A program made the translations under genes and the position numbers. The notes under the pieces were generated by a model. It saw only the letters and a program-made list of their open reading frames with translations, was not told the origin of the DNA and searched no databases. Below, in pieces: positions 11,082 to 21,979 of a stretch of DNA of 64,000 bases. This DNA is from Blastocladiella emersonii ATCC 22665 (lineage: Eukaryota > Fungi > Blastocladiomycota), in NCBI GenBank assembly GCA_025594325.1, contig JANHCV010000007.1, positions 434,001-498,000 of the forward strand. The letters run 5' to 3'. Within the stretch, counting starts at the first letter, position 1, and each line of letters begins with the position of its first letter.

Positions 11082-14000
11082 ATGAAGCAGAAGAAGAATA
11101 CTCCCCGCAAACGCCCCGCCGTGACCCAGGCACCCGCCAGCACCAGCGACGCGCCCGCCGTCGCGAGCGACCCGACCCTGACGTGCGCGACGCTGGCCCT
11201 CGGCGACGCGGCCGACCCGTTCTACGCTTTCGGCCGGCCGTACGCGCGCGACATCTTCCTCCACCACAACCCGCAGAGTTTGAAGCGAGTCGACGCCCTG
11301 GTCTTCCAGTGCGGCGACCTGCGCGACGTGGCCTTCACGTTCGCCGAGGCTAAGCGCAAGTACGCGTACGCCACCGACTTGACGTTTGTTCTCAGCGACA
11401 CACACCCGGAGGTCCTCGCTCGCAATTTGCTCGTATTGCACGCTGTTGCCGGGTGTACCGAGGTCGAGGAACCCGAGCTGGTGCGTCGCGTCGGCCAGCT
11501 TACGTACTCGCTGCTGCTCGAGCCCGCCGTCCTCACTTTCTGGCGCGACCAAATGCGTTCTTGCCTGGACGCGACCTGGGACCGCGAAGCGGGCAAGACC
11601 CGCGTCCTCGACGACCACACGCTCCGCGCCGTCCGCCACTGCTGGGAATCGTGGCTCGCGTGCGACTGGTCTCCCGCCAAGCTCGCCGAGGAACGCAGCG
11701 CTTACTTTGCGCGTGTCCGCCCCGGCGAGGACCATGCGCAGGCCACACTCGACAACTTTATGGCGAACGCGCGCAGTGTCTACGGCGACGAGTACTTTGC
11801 TACGGATGACAGTATCAGGAAGATCGAGCTCGAGGCCTGGGCTTTCGTCTCCGATGGAGCGTTCTTTGTCGACTACGCGACTGTGGATGATCTCGTTGTC
11901 AATCCGACCATGCTTCTCGCCGGTCCCAATCGCGAGCTTTCGTTCTCAGCCCCGTTCGGCTTCTCGCCGCTCGACGTGTTCCACACCGACCCGAACGACT
12001 TGGAAGGGAGCATTTACCGCGCGCTATGCACGTACGTCGACACGCTCCTCGAGGCGTTTAAGCGGGATCGGTGCCGCGAGGCCTGGGTCATGAATCCAGT
12101 CTCCGAGTGGGAGGACAAGCCCATGAAGCCCAACTTTGCGTGCTGCGTCGCCTTCCTTGCCGGCCATCCGCTCGAGGTCATGGAGAAGCTCGTCGCGCAC
12201 GAACAGATCCGCCACGCGCCGCAGCCGTACCCGGGCATCCAACAACATCTCCAGGTCGAGCAGCCGTTGCTTCGCTTCAACGTCATCGATACGGGCAACC
12301 TTATGGACACGTGCGGGCTCTTGAACTTGCTCGTCCACGCGTCGCCGCTGCTCGCCACCGAGTGGCAAAAGGAGCGCTCGCTCATTCGAACCTGGAGCGA
12401 GCACACGCACGCGATCGCGGCTTCGCGCCTCGACTACTTGCGCCGCGTCACGGGTCTCCCGCTCGAGACGTTCCCGACCTTGCTCGGCGTCAACCTGTTC
12501 GAACGCTCGACCGATGAGTTCTGGGCTACGCGCGTGACGCGGCTCGCGTGGAGCGAGGATCAGGTCTTGCGCCGTGGCGGGCGGAGCTGCGAGGAGTTTA
12601 CTTTCTTCCGCCTCCCCGCGCCTACGGTGCCGATCGCGCTGCACGACTCGCCGTTCCTCCTCAACGTGCTAGTCCAGTGTGCCGAGGAGCTGTGCGGGTC
12701 TGATGCGGCTGCACTTCGTGGGACTCTTGGTACGCTCGCGCTGATTACAATTGGCGTGTCTTCAACGGGTCTAAAGTCTTGACGCCTAACTTTCTGTGTG
12801 TGGCCGGACCGCACGCGACGGGCGCGATTCTGCCCAAGCTGCTCGCTTCCGCTCTGGCCTCGGGCCGCTTGACCTGGACCGGTGCTGCGATGCTCGAGTC
12901 CGCCCCGTGGCCGGACATGCGCGAGCTGTGGTCATCGGTTCACGGCAGTCCTCGGCTCGCGGCGTCCGCAGCCGAGATTTTCGCGCAAGCTCAGCTCTAC
13001 GGCTTCCCGGTTGACGCAAACGAGATGCTCAAGGACAAGTACTTGTACCGCATCGAGGGGACGCTCGACCGCGCGCTCGTTGCCGCGGCGGGCGCTGTCA
13101 ACCCGCTCGCGACCATGGTGCTTGAGATCTCGCTTGGGTCCGCTGTGCACCAGTTCCGCAGCCTCACCGTGACGCCGACCGTCGAGGGCGACGAGCAGCG
13201 ACTGCGCATTGCCATATTCGTGCCGCGATACATCGTTGAGGGATCGCCGGCCGACTTTCACGTCCGCGTTCGCTTTGAATGCGGTCTCTCGGATGCCGCT
13301 ATGCTCTCATCCGTGTCCAAGACCAAGGTTTCGGTTGCCTCGCTCACGAAGGCGAGCGCCAGCATCGCCCAGTTTGCCATTGCAACGCGGTTTCTCAACC
13401 TGTGCCCGGGCAGAACGCTTCCGTCGCCGGACCTCCTTTTCCCCGCTGTTCGCGCCTTCGAGACCGCTGACAAGGTCGAGCTTACACTTTCAATCCCGCG
13501 CGCCTACCGCCGTGCCCTCATTTGTCGCGCCAATTCCGATGACACTACTCGGGCTGTCGGAGGCGCTGTCTTCAGCGTGGGCGGCAAGGAGCAGCTCGTT
13601 CGGCTTCCGTGTCACGTAGCCGTCGACTGGGTGACGACCGATGCCCAACAACGCGTTGTCAAACTCGTCGCGACACGCGTCCTGGCGCCCATCTCGTACG
13701 CGCACGGCCTCGAGACGCTCCCGGTGACGCTTTCGGATCACTCGGACCACTACGCCGCGGGATCGATGGGGCTCGCCGACCAGAAAGCCGCGGTCCGCGC
13801 GCTCCGCTCCGCGACCTCGCCGCGCGAGGCCGCCATCTTCGAGGCCGAGCGCACCGTCCCGCCCCAGATGGCGACGGGCGAGCAGGAGGCGCGGCACCTC
13901 CGCTTCCTGGTGTCGCAGCTGTTCCAAAACTACGCGCGCGGCGCGCGCGTCGTCGAGCTCTTCATCGCCGAGAGCGTAAACTTTGACCGTGGGCTTCTGC

Positions 14001-14563
14001 CCGCCGCCACGCTCATCTTCAACCGCATGGCAGTCCTCCCGCCGCCTAACCCGTCGCGCGCGCACACGCCCGTCCTCGACCTGTGCTTTCTCCCGAACCC
14101 GCACATGGCGGGACTCTGTATGCTGCAGAAACAGCGGGACCTGGCGAGCATGCAGCTCTTTGACCTGATCGCCCCGCAGTTCCTCGCCGCCCGCAAGAAC
14201 CGGCCGGGCGCGGGCGCCGCTGACTCGGTCGCGCGGATCATGGTCCCGATGAACTACGTGGTCCCGATGCTACAGATGCTCGGCGACGCGCACCGCGCGG
14301 CGCCCAGCAAGGCGGTCGCGAACGAGGTCGGGTTCGGCGCCAAGTTTTGGGCGAAGGCGCAGCCGCATCTGCTGCGTGGCTACCTGCTCCCGCTGTTCTC
14401 CGTCCATGGCACGGAGTGCCAGGTGCCGATCCCGCCTGCCTCGCCGTCCGTTGCGGATGTGACGCCCGTGGCTCTCGCTGCCGAGGACGCGATGATGCAG
14501 GGCCGCGTGAACTCGCGCGATGAAGGTGGCGAGGACGACGAGCGGATCGTGGAGATTGCTTGA
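11082..14563 (+). CDS. DUF4470-like protein, paralog A (~1140 aa); intron 12730-12803 with non-canonical acceptor (GG)
   Basis: VFQCGDLRDV..FVLSDTHPEVLARNLLVL matches the DUF4470 GCGDLRN..D....ARN motif. Two long ORFs are colinear with paralog D. The acceptor reads TGTGTGTGG where paralog B has TGTGTGTAG. Confidence 0.75.
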
Positions 14564-14810
14564 ATTACCCAGCTAAGAGGCCGGTGACGTTGGGTGCGAG
14601 TCAGACAGATGAATGAAACCATGACGTATTAAAAACTCGACCATGAGCATGATGAAAGGGAGGTGGATGCGAGACGTGGGACGCGTTTGGAAATCACGTC
14701 CTGATCAGGTGAGCGCGGGTTTCATCTTGGGGCGACTTTTCGTTCGTTCGCTCGCTCGCGGCGTTCGTTTCTCGCTCCCCCTGCTGGCGCCCACTGACGT
14801 CCCAGCGTCC

Positions 14811-16690
14811 ATGAAGCAGAAGGCCAAGTCCAAGCAAAAGTCGGCCCACGGCCGCGGCAAGGCGCCCGGCAAGGCTCCGGTGGCCGTCCCGTCGCTGACT
14901 TGCGCGACGCTTGCTCTCAACGACACGGCCGATCCCTACTACGCTTACGGCCAGTCGCAGGCTCGCGACATCTTCCTCTACCATACCATACCATAGCCCG
15001 CGCACGTACCTCCGCCTCGACGCGCTCCTCTTCCAGTGTGGCGATCTGCGCGACGTGGCGCACACAATCGACGAGGCCAAGCGCAAGTCCGGCTACGGCG
15101 CCGACCAGACTTTCGTGCTCAGCGACACGCACCCCCGAGGTGATTGCGCGTAACCTGCTTGTTCCGAATGCCGTCGCGGACCATCAGCCGATCGGCAAGG
15201 ACAAGCTGACGCGCTACGTCGGCCAGCCCGTCTACTCTTCCATGCTCGAGCCCGCGACGCACCAGTTCTGGCTCAACGAAATGCGCTCGTGCTTGAACGT
15301 TGTTTGGGCCCACGAGGATGCCCGCGCCCGCGTACTCGACGAGGATACGATGCGCGCCGTCCGCCACTGCTGGGAGTCGTGGCTCGCCTGCGACTGGTCC
15401 CGCAAGAAGACCGCTTTACCAGGAGCGCGACGCGCCTACTCTGCCCGGCTTGGCAACGACGGTGACGCGGTCGCCGGCGTCGAGGCGACCATCGACCGCT
15501 TCATGGCCAAGGCACGCAAGGTGTACGGCAGCGTGCTTCCGACCGGGACGGCCAATGTGGAACTCAAACGCTCTGTCCGCTCGCTTGCCGATGAAATCTT
15601 CCTTTTCGATGCAGCGACCAACCAGCGCGCCACCGCACGCGCCGACCTCGACCTCGACCTCGACCTCGTTGTGAACCCGACCATGCTTCCCGCCTGTGCC
15701 AATCGCTCGCTCGGTTTTGTTCTCGGCCCAGCCGAATTATTCGCCGCTTGACGTGTTTGAGATCGACTTTGACAACGTGCTCGGGGGTCTTGACTGCGAC
15801 CTGCTCGAGCACGTTGGTCCGCTCATCGAGGCATTTGGCCCCGGTAGCGAGCGCCGGTTCATCTCGACCCGAATGTCGCTTGTTGGTTCGTGGCGGACCC
15901 AGCTGGCTCCCCCGCCGGCCTTCCGGTGCCGCATCGCATTCATCGCCAGGCACCCCCGCTCAGCGTCATGGAAAAGCTTGCCCCGCAGCCCCAACTCGGC
16001 CACCCTGTACTTAATCGACGTCCGCGCCAGCACACTCGCTCCAGTTCGAGCAGAAGCTGCTCCGCTTCAGCGCTATTGACACGCGTGACTTGATGGACAC
16101 GTGCGGCCTTCTCAACGTCCTGGTCCTGGTCCACGCGCCGCCAATGCTTGGCACGGACTGGGAGCACGGTTGCTCCCACGATCCGCGTCTGGACGGACCA
16201 GGTTTACTCGCTCTCCACCTCGCGCCTCGAGTTCCTGCGCCGCGTCACGGGCCTCTCGCTCAAAGTCTTCCCCACGCTGCTCGGCATTACACAATCTCCT
16301 CGAGCGGCCCACCGACGACCACTGGATGACGCATACGACGAGCATTGGTTGGAGCGAGGACCGGGTCATGCGGCACGACGGTCGCAGCCGCGAAGAGTTT
16401 TTCCTGGCGATTTTGAACGTGTGTGTAGCCGGTCCGCACGCGACGGGCGCGCTTCTGCCCAAGCTTCTCGCTTTCGCCTTCGCCTTTGCCTCGGGCCGCT
16501 TGACGTGGGCTGGTGCTTCGATGCTTGACTTTGCGCCGTGGCCCTGCGACATGCGCGAGGTGTGGACTTCGCTTCGCGCCAGTCCGTGGCTTACGAAGTG
16601 TGCGGCTGAGATTTTCGCGCAGGCCCAGCTTTATGGCTTCCCGATCGACGTCGACAACATGCTCGGCGACAAGTACTTGTATTGCGAGGC
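14811..16690 (+). pseudogene. DUF4470-like paralog B, 5' half, multiply frameshifted
   Basis: MKQKAKSK start; CCATA x3 expansion with TAG at 14981-14996; extra C near 15135; further frameshifts and stops near 15750 and 16080; homology ends after DKYLY. Confidence 0.85.
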
Positions 16691-17069
16691 AGTCTGGACT
16701 TGGAAGGAGCGGAGGGGCCCGGGTCGGTCGTCGAATGTCTCGCGCGGCGTCTCGCAGCCACCACGTGAGCGATCACATGATAAATCGACGCGTCGAGCGC
16801 ACATCGACTCGTAGGTGCGTTGCAAGTCAAAGAACCGGCAGCCATCTTCTATTATGCCGGGTGTCCGTAGTGCAATAACTCGTTCGTTACGTTACTTCGT
16901 CAGCGCTGTACGCGAACGAGAACCTGATTGAGAACGAGAGCCTGAGCAAGAGCGAGAGCCAAGCTAGCCTCCTTGTGCACGAGCGCGACCGCGCTGATAT
17001 GCTGATATGAGAGCACTCAACTTTGGGAGAAGGAAAAGATATTGTAGTTGCCCAGAATGTACATTTGTG

Positions 17070-18068
17070 TCATGGCCCTGAGGTACGATATCCGTGCTGC
17101 GAGTGCCGCGCGTAGTCCTTGTGTGCGTTGATGACTGCATGGCTCGTGTACTTGAGGGGCAGGCTGGACTCGAACCACACGTCCATCACGGCCGTGTGGT
17201 CGTTCTCAACGGCTCTGTCGAGCGCCTGCTCAGAGTATTTGAGCGGGAGCTTGGACTCGTGGATCCACCACTTCACCGCTTCGGTCCAACCGTAGCTGCT
17301 CGCATCATCGAGAGCGCTCTTCGAGTACCGCACATTCCAGGGAAAGTGCTTGACGATCCACCGCAACACTCTGACCTGGCCAAGCCCGCTTGGGTGGTCG
17401 AGGTCGGTCAACGCACGGATTGTCAACCAGCGCGCGTACTTGACAGGAAGGGCTCGCTCTGGCGTTTCGCGGTGAAGCGCTGCGAGGTCGAGCGCGCCAT
17501 CTGGCCCAAACGCGGTCAGAAAGGAAACGCGCAGCCACAGGTCAAGCACGTCGATTTGGCCGAGGTCGATGGCGATGTAGGCAATTGTTTGCGTAGAAAT
17601 GCCCTCGTCCGTGACCCACGACACCCGCGGTCGGCGCAGGAGCCACTTGAGGATGCCGAACCGTCGGGCGATGCACAGCGCCGAGATCGCGGCCTGCACG
17701 GAGTGCACCTGGAACACCGATTTAAAGTCGTTGTGGCGAAAGTACGCTTCGGCGCGGTCCACTCGGTCCTCGGCGAAGATGTGGAAGAGCGAGAGACTCT
17801 GCACATTCGCGAGAACAAAGCGCTGTAGGCGACCAAGTCCGCGAGCGACGTTGAGGTAATTGCGCATCTCGAGCATCAAGTTGGCGAGAGCGAGATCCGA
17901 GTTCCAGCACGGGCGCTTGGCGGCAAAATTGCCCATGCACCCGCTCGAAACCATTTGGCGGAAGCAGTCGCACGCGACGACACTCCACTTGCGGGCGGCT
18001 AAGGCGGCCGCGATGAGGAGAATATCCTCAATGGTGTCGAGTGGGAGAGAGCGTCGCGGCGGGATCAT
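17070..18068 (-). CDS. Avo2-like pseudo-ankyrin repeat protein with F-box-like N-terminal helix (~332 aa), intronless
   Basis: Repeats SALDDASSYGWTEAVKWWIHESKLPLKYS and QALDRAVENDHTAVMDVWFESSLPLKYT; N-terminal SLPLDTIEDILL. Confidence 0.75.
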   Translation of the reverse strand: MIPPRRSLPLDTIEDILLIAAALAARKWSVVACDCFRQMVSSGCMGNFAAKRPCWNSDLALANLMLEMRNYLNVARGLGRLQRFVLANVQSLSLFHIFAEDRVDRAEAYFRHNDFKSVFQVHSVQAAISALCIARRFGILKWLLRRPRVSWVTDEGISTQTIAYIAIDLGQIDVLDLWLRVSFLTAFGPDGALDLAALHRETPERALPVKYARWLTIRALTDLDHPSGLGQVRVLRWIVKHFPWNVRYSKSALDDASSYGWTEAVKWWIHESKLPLKYSEQALDRAVENDHTAVMDVWFESSLPLKYTSHAVINAHKDYARHSQHGYRTSGP

Positions 18069-18329
18069 GGGGGCAGAGGGACCGAGTTCATGCGTGTTGC
18101 AGCGAGCGTAAGAAGAGCAGCGCGTGTCCTGTCGCCGGCCAAGCTGCCCAACCAAATCAAGAAGCGTTCGGCGAGTCCGAGGCCGCCGTGGAGCCCGGCA
18201 CGGAGCCCAGCGGGGCGTGGGCGTCAAGTGATGCCCCGGGGTCAGCAGCGAGCCAGGCGCCGCGTGGGGCTTGACTAGTGGCGTGACCACTGCAATCCAG
18301 ATACGGCGAAGCCGTATACGAATGTAGAT

Positions 18330-19408
18330 GATTGGCGTGACTGCATCATTCATCACCAAAACCGCCGCTCGCTCCGACAAGGTCGTGCTTCCGCTCTCCA
18401 TCGTTCATGCGTACCGGCGCGCAGACGCGTTGGAGCTGGCCCTTGCCCACGGCGCGTTCGAGTTTTTCGTCCACAAAAAGCCGCAATCGATGATGCTTCC
18501 GCGCCGAACCAAGCTCGAGTCCATGAACCCCAACCTTCAGCGGCACACGGTTGAGGTCGTGCTCACGCGTGCCCTGTCGCCCGTCTCGCTGGGTGTTGGG
18601 CTTGGCCCGCTTGCCATGTGCATCTCGGACCACACGGACACGATCGGGCTCCGTCCTTTTGGCGACGCGGACCAGTACGCTGCGAATATCGCGACTCTGC
18701 TTAATTCGACCGAGCGTGAGCGCATTGGCATGGATGCCGAGCAGAATCATGAATCAACGCCAACGGCCAAGCAGGAGGCGCGATTCCTTCGTGTATTCAC
18801 GTCGCGCCTAGTGATTGCTTACGGCAAGGGCTTCCGCGTCATCGAGCTTGTCAAGGCTGGCTCTGCGGGCAAGGCGCCCGAGTTCGTCGCCGTCCTTGTG
18901 TACCAGCGCATGACGTTCCTTCCGCCGTCGGACCAGTCGCACGCGCACACGCCCGTCCTCGAGATGAATTTTGTGCCCAACGCGCGCCTGTACAAGGGCA
19001 GCTTGCTCTCGCCGAAGCCCAAGGCGACGAATGTGCAGCTGCTCGGCAAAATTGCCGCGAAAAACCGCGGCCGTGGGCCCAGGACGGGGCTCCAGGCGGT
19101 CCAACGCATCGCGGTTCCGTCGTGCTACATCCCGTGCGTCTGAGCACGGTTTCCTCCTCGCCCCGCACAAATACACTTGGAACGAGGTCGAGCACGAAAA
19201 CCGCTTCTACGCGACGCTCGAGCCCCATTTGTATCGCTACTTCCTGCTCCCACTCTACCCCGTTCATGGCACCCAGTACCACGTTGCGATTCCCCCGCCC
19301 TCGGTCCCCGCGACTGCCGCGGCCGCCCCGCAGGAGACTGCTGGTCAAGACGTGAGCGGGCGTGTTGAGGAGGCGAAGGAGGATGACCGTATTGTTGAGC
19401 TCGAGTGA
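18330..19408 (+). pseudogene. DUF4470-like family 3' segment (probably the rest of paralog B), frameshift near 19135
   Basis: DKVVLPLSIVHAYRRA aligns to A DKVELTLSIPRAYRRA; HTPVLEMNF aligns to HTPVLDLCF; tail LEPHLYRYFLLPLYPVHG..DDRIVELE*. Confidence 0.8.
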
Positions 19409-19700
19409 ATCTTGCTATTGTCAAGGCGGTGCAAGTTGAATTACATGTCGTTGGTTGCTCTGTTCCCACCACTTGCGTCATGGAGCAAACTGAATTACTT
19501 CGAGCGGACGGTTGCTCTGCTCTTGTCCGTGCTGACAGGGGTGGCGCTGATGCGAGCAGGGGTGCTGGTGCGAGACGCACCGAGATATCACGTCTAGCTC
19601 ACGTGAGGTAAGCGAAGGGAATTCGTTTCAAGTCTTCGTCGTCCGTCGCATGTACATTGACGCTCTCCTCCCTCTGGCGTTCGCCGATGTCCCAGCATCC

Positions 19701-21656
19701 ATGAAGCAAAAGTCCAAGTCCAAGCAAAAGCAAAAGGCTTCCCGCAGCCGCGGGAACGGGGCCCAGCCGTCGGCGCCGTCGGCGGACGCCTCGCTATCAG
19801 GGCCGTCGCTGACTTGTGCAACGCTCGCTCTCGGCGACCGGGCCGACCCGTACTATCCGTATGGGCAGTCCTATGCGCGCGACATCTTCCTGCACCACAA
19901 CCCGCATGTACCGCCGCCTCGATGCCCTCCTCTTCCAGTGCGGCGACTTGCGTGACGTCGCGTACACGTTCGATGAGGCCAAGCGCAAGTACGGCAACGG
20001 CTCCGACCAGACTTTTGTCCTTAGCGACACGCACCCCGAGGTGCTCGCCCGCAACCTGCTTGTTCTCCACGCGGTCTCGGTCCACATGCCCGCCGAGAAG
20101 GCTGTGCTTGCTCGTCGCGTCGGTCAGCTCTATTACTCGACGATGTTCGAGCCCGCGACGCACCAGTTCTGGCTCGAGGAAATGCGCTTGTGCTTGGACG
20201 CCGACTGGATCCGCGAGGATGCCCACATCCGCGTGCTTGATGACGACACGCTGCGCGCGGTGCGTCATTGCTGGCAGTCGTGGCTCGCGTGCGACTGGAC
20301 GCCCGAGAAGCTTACCGCCGAGCGCAACGCCTACTTGGGCCCCAATTGGGTGCAGCTTGCGTCCGATCGCTTTCTCGACGAGGCGCGCACGGTGCACGGC
20401 CCAGAGTTCCCCACTGGGGCTCACGGCGAAATTTTGGAGCGCCACATTCGCGCGCTGCTGCTCGACGGCGTCTACCTGTTCGACCCGGCGACTAACGGCA
20501 AGTTTTCGAGTACTCGCACCAAGCTCGTTGTCAACCCGACGATGCTTCTCACAGGCGCCAACCAAGCGCTCTCATTCTCGGCACCTTACACCGTGACGCC
20601 GCTTGACGTCTTCGAGATCGAGCTCTTGGACGTGCACGGTGGTCTCTATCGCTCGCTGATCAAGTTCACCGACCAGCTTTCCGAGGCATTTGGCCCGGGC
20701 ACCGAACGTCGTAACGCCCCCAAGTATCTGACGTTTGCGACCTCTTGGAAAAAGGATCCGGTCCCAGCAGCCTTTACCCGCCGTATTGCTTTCATTGTCG
20801 GGCACCCGATCAAAGTCATGGAGAAGCTTGCCTCGCGCGCCCAGCTCACCCACCCTCGTAACCCGAAGCCAGAGTCTTTCCATGGTTTCCAACCCGAGCA
20901 GTCGCTGCTGCGCTTCAGTGTCATTGAGACGCGCAACTGGATGGACTCGTGTGGGCTGCTCAACTTGCTCCTCCATGCGTCGCCGCTGCTTGGTCTTGAA
21001 TACGAGTACGGCCGCTCGGTGATCCGCTGCCAGACATACCACGTCTACTTTGCCGCACCCTCGCGTCTTGACTTTTTGCGTCGCGTCACCGGCCTCCCAC
21101 TTGAGTCCTTTCCGACCCTGCTCGGCGTCAACTTGCTCGAGCGCCCACCGACGAACACTGGGCGACGTGGTGCGCACGTTCGATGACACCAAGCGCAAGT
21201 ACGGCTGTGCGGATCTAAGCTTTGTCCTCAGCGATACGCACCCCGAAGTCATCGCGCGCAACCTGCTTGTCTTACATGCCATCGCGCACGCCGATGTCAA
21301 TGCTGTCTCGGTAACCAAGCTTTTGCGCGAAGTTGGCCAGCTCTTCTACTCGTCAATGCTTGACCCGGCGACGCACGCGTTTTGGATCACCCAAATGCGC
21401 GCGTGCTTGGACTTCGACTGGACCCGCGAGGACGCCCAGGTCCGAGTACTCGGCGACGCCACGATATCGCGTCTTCCTGCTCCCAGTCTATCCCGCCCAC
21501 GGCTTGCAGTATCGTGTTCCTGTTGCCCCTGAGCAGGCTGCGGCTGCTGTCGAGGAACTCGAGCAGCTGTCGCTGGACGAAGGCTCGGTCGCGGCAGCGG
21601 AATGTGAAGCCTACGAGGACGATGACAACCGGATTGTTGAGATGGACGAGGAGTAA
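19701..21656 (+). pseudogene. Chimeric DUF4470-like pseudogene: paralog C 5' half, internal fragment of a fifth paralog, and a 3' tail
   Basis: MKQKSKSK start; frameshift near 19905; colinear to ERPTDEHW (~21161); then restarts at RDVVRTFDDTKRKYG..VRVLGDAT (~21463); then jumps to YRVFLLPVYPAHG..DNRIVEMDEE*. Confidence 0.85.
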
Positions 21657-21979
21657 TTGACGGGTTGAACTTTGTTCTCTGCTACACTCGATTAGTCGCG
21701 TCGTGTCGCTCGTTTGAATGGTACTTCGTTGCGAGCTGCAATTTGGTGCAGCCCATTTAGGCGAACACCCTCCAGGCTGGCTCCCGTAATTATGAATCGT
21801 CTGTGCCTTTAAGGAACTGGCTGCAACCCATCCTTGCCGTGATGCCGCGAACACCGCCGAGCGCGTTGCTCATCCCCGCGTGAGGCCGCTGGATCACCGC
21901 AGGGGGGTGTTTCAAGTGCGTTCCCACGGTCGCTTGGGCACGCTCTCTCCTCAACCATGAAGCAGTAATCCACACTACC

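Noticed and set aside
21957-21968. Micro-uORF ATG AAG CAG TAA mimicking the start of paralog D
   Set aside because: Probably lies inside the candidate 5'-UTR intron 21916-21965, so it would be spliced out.
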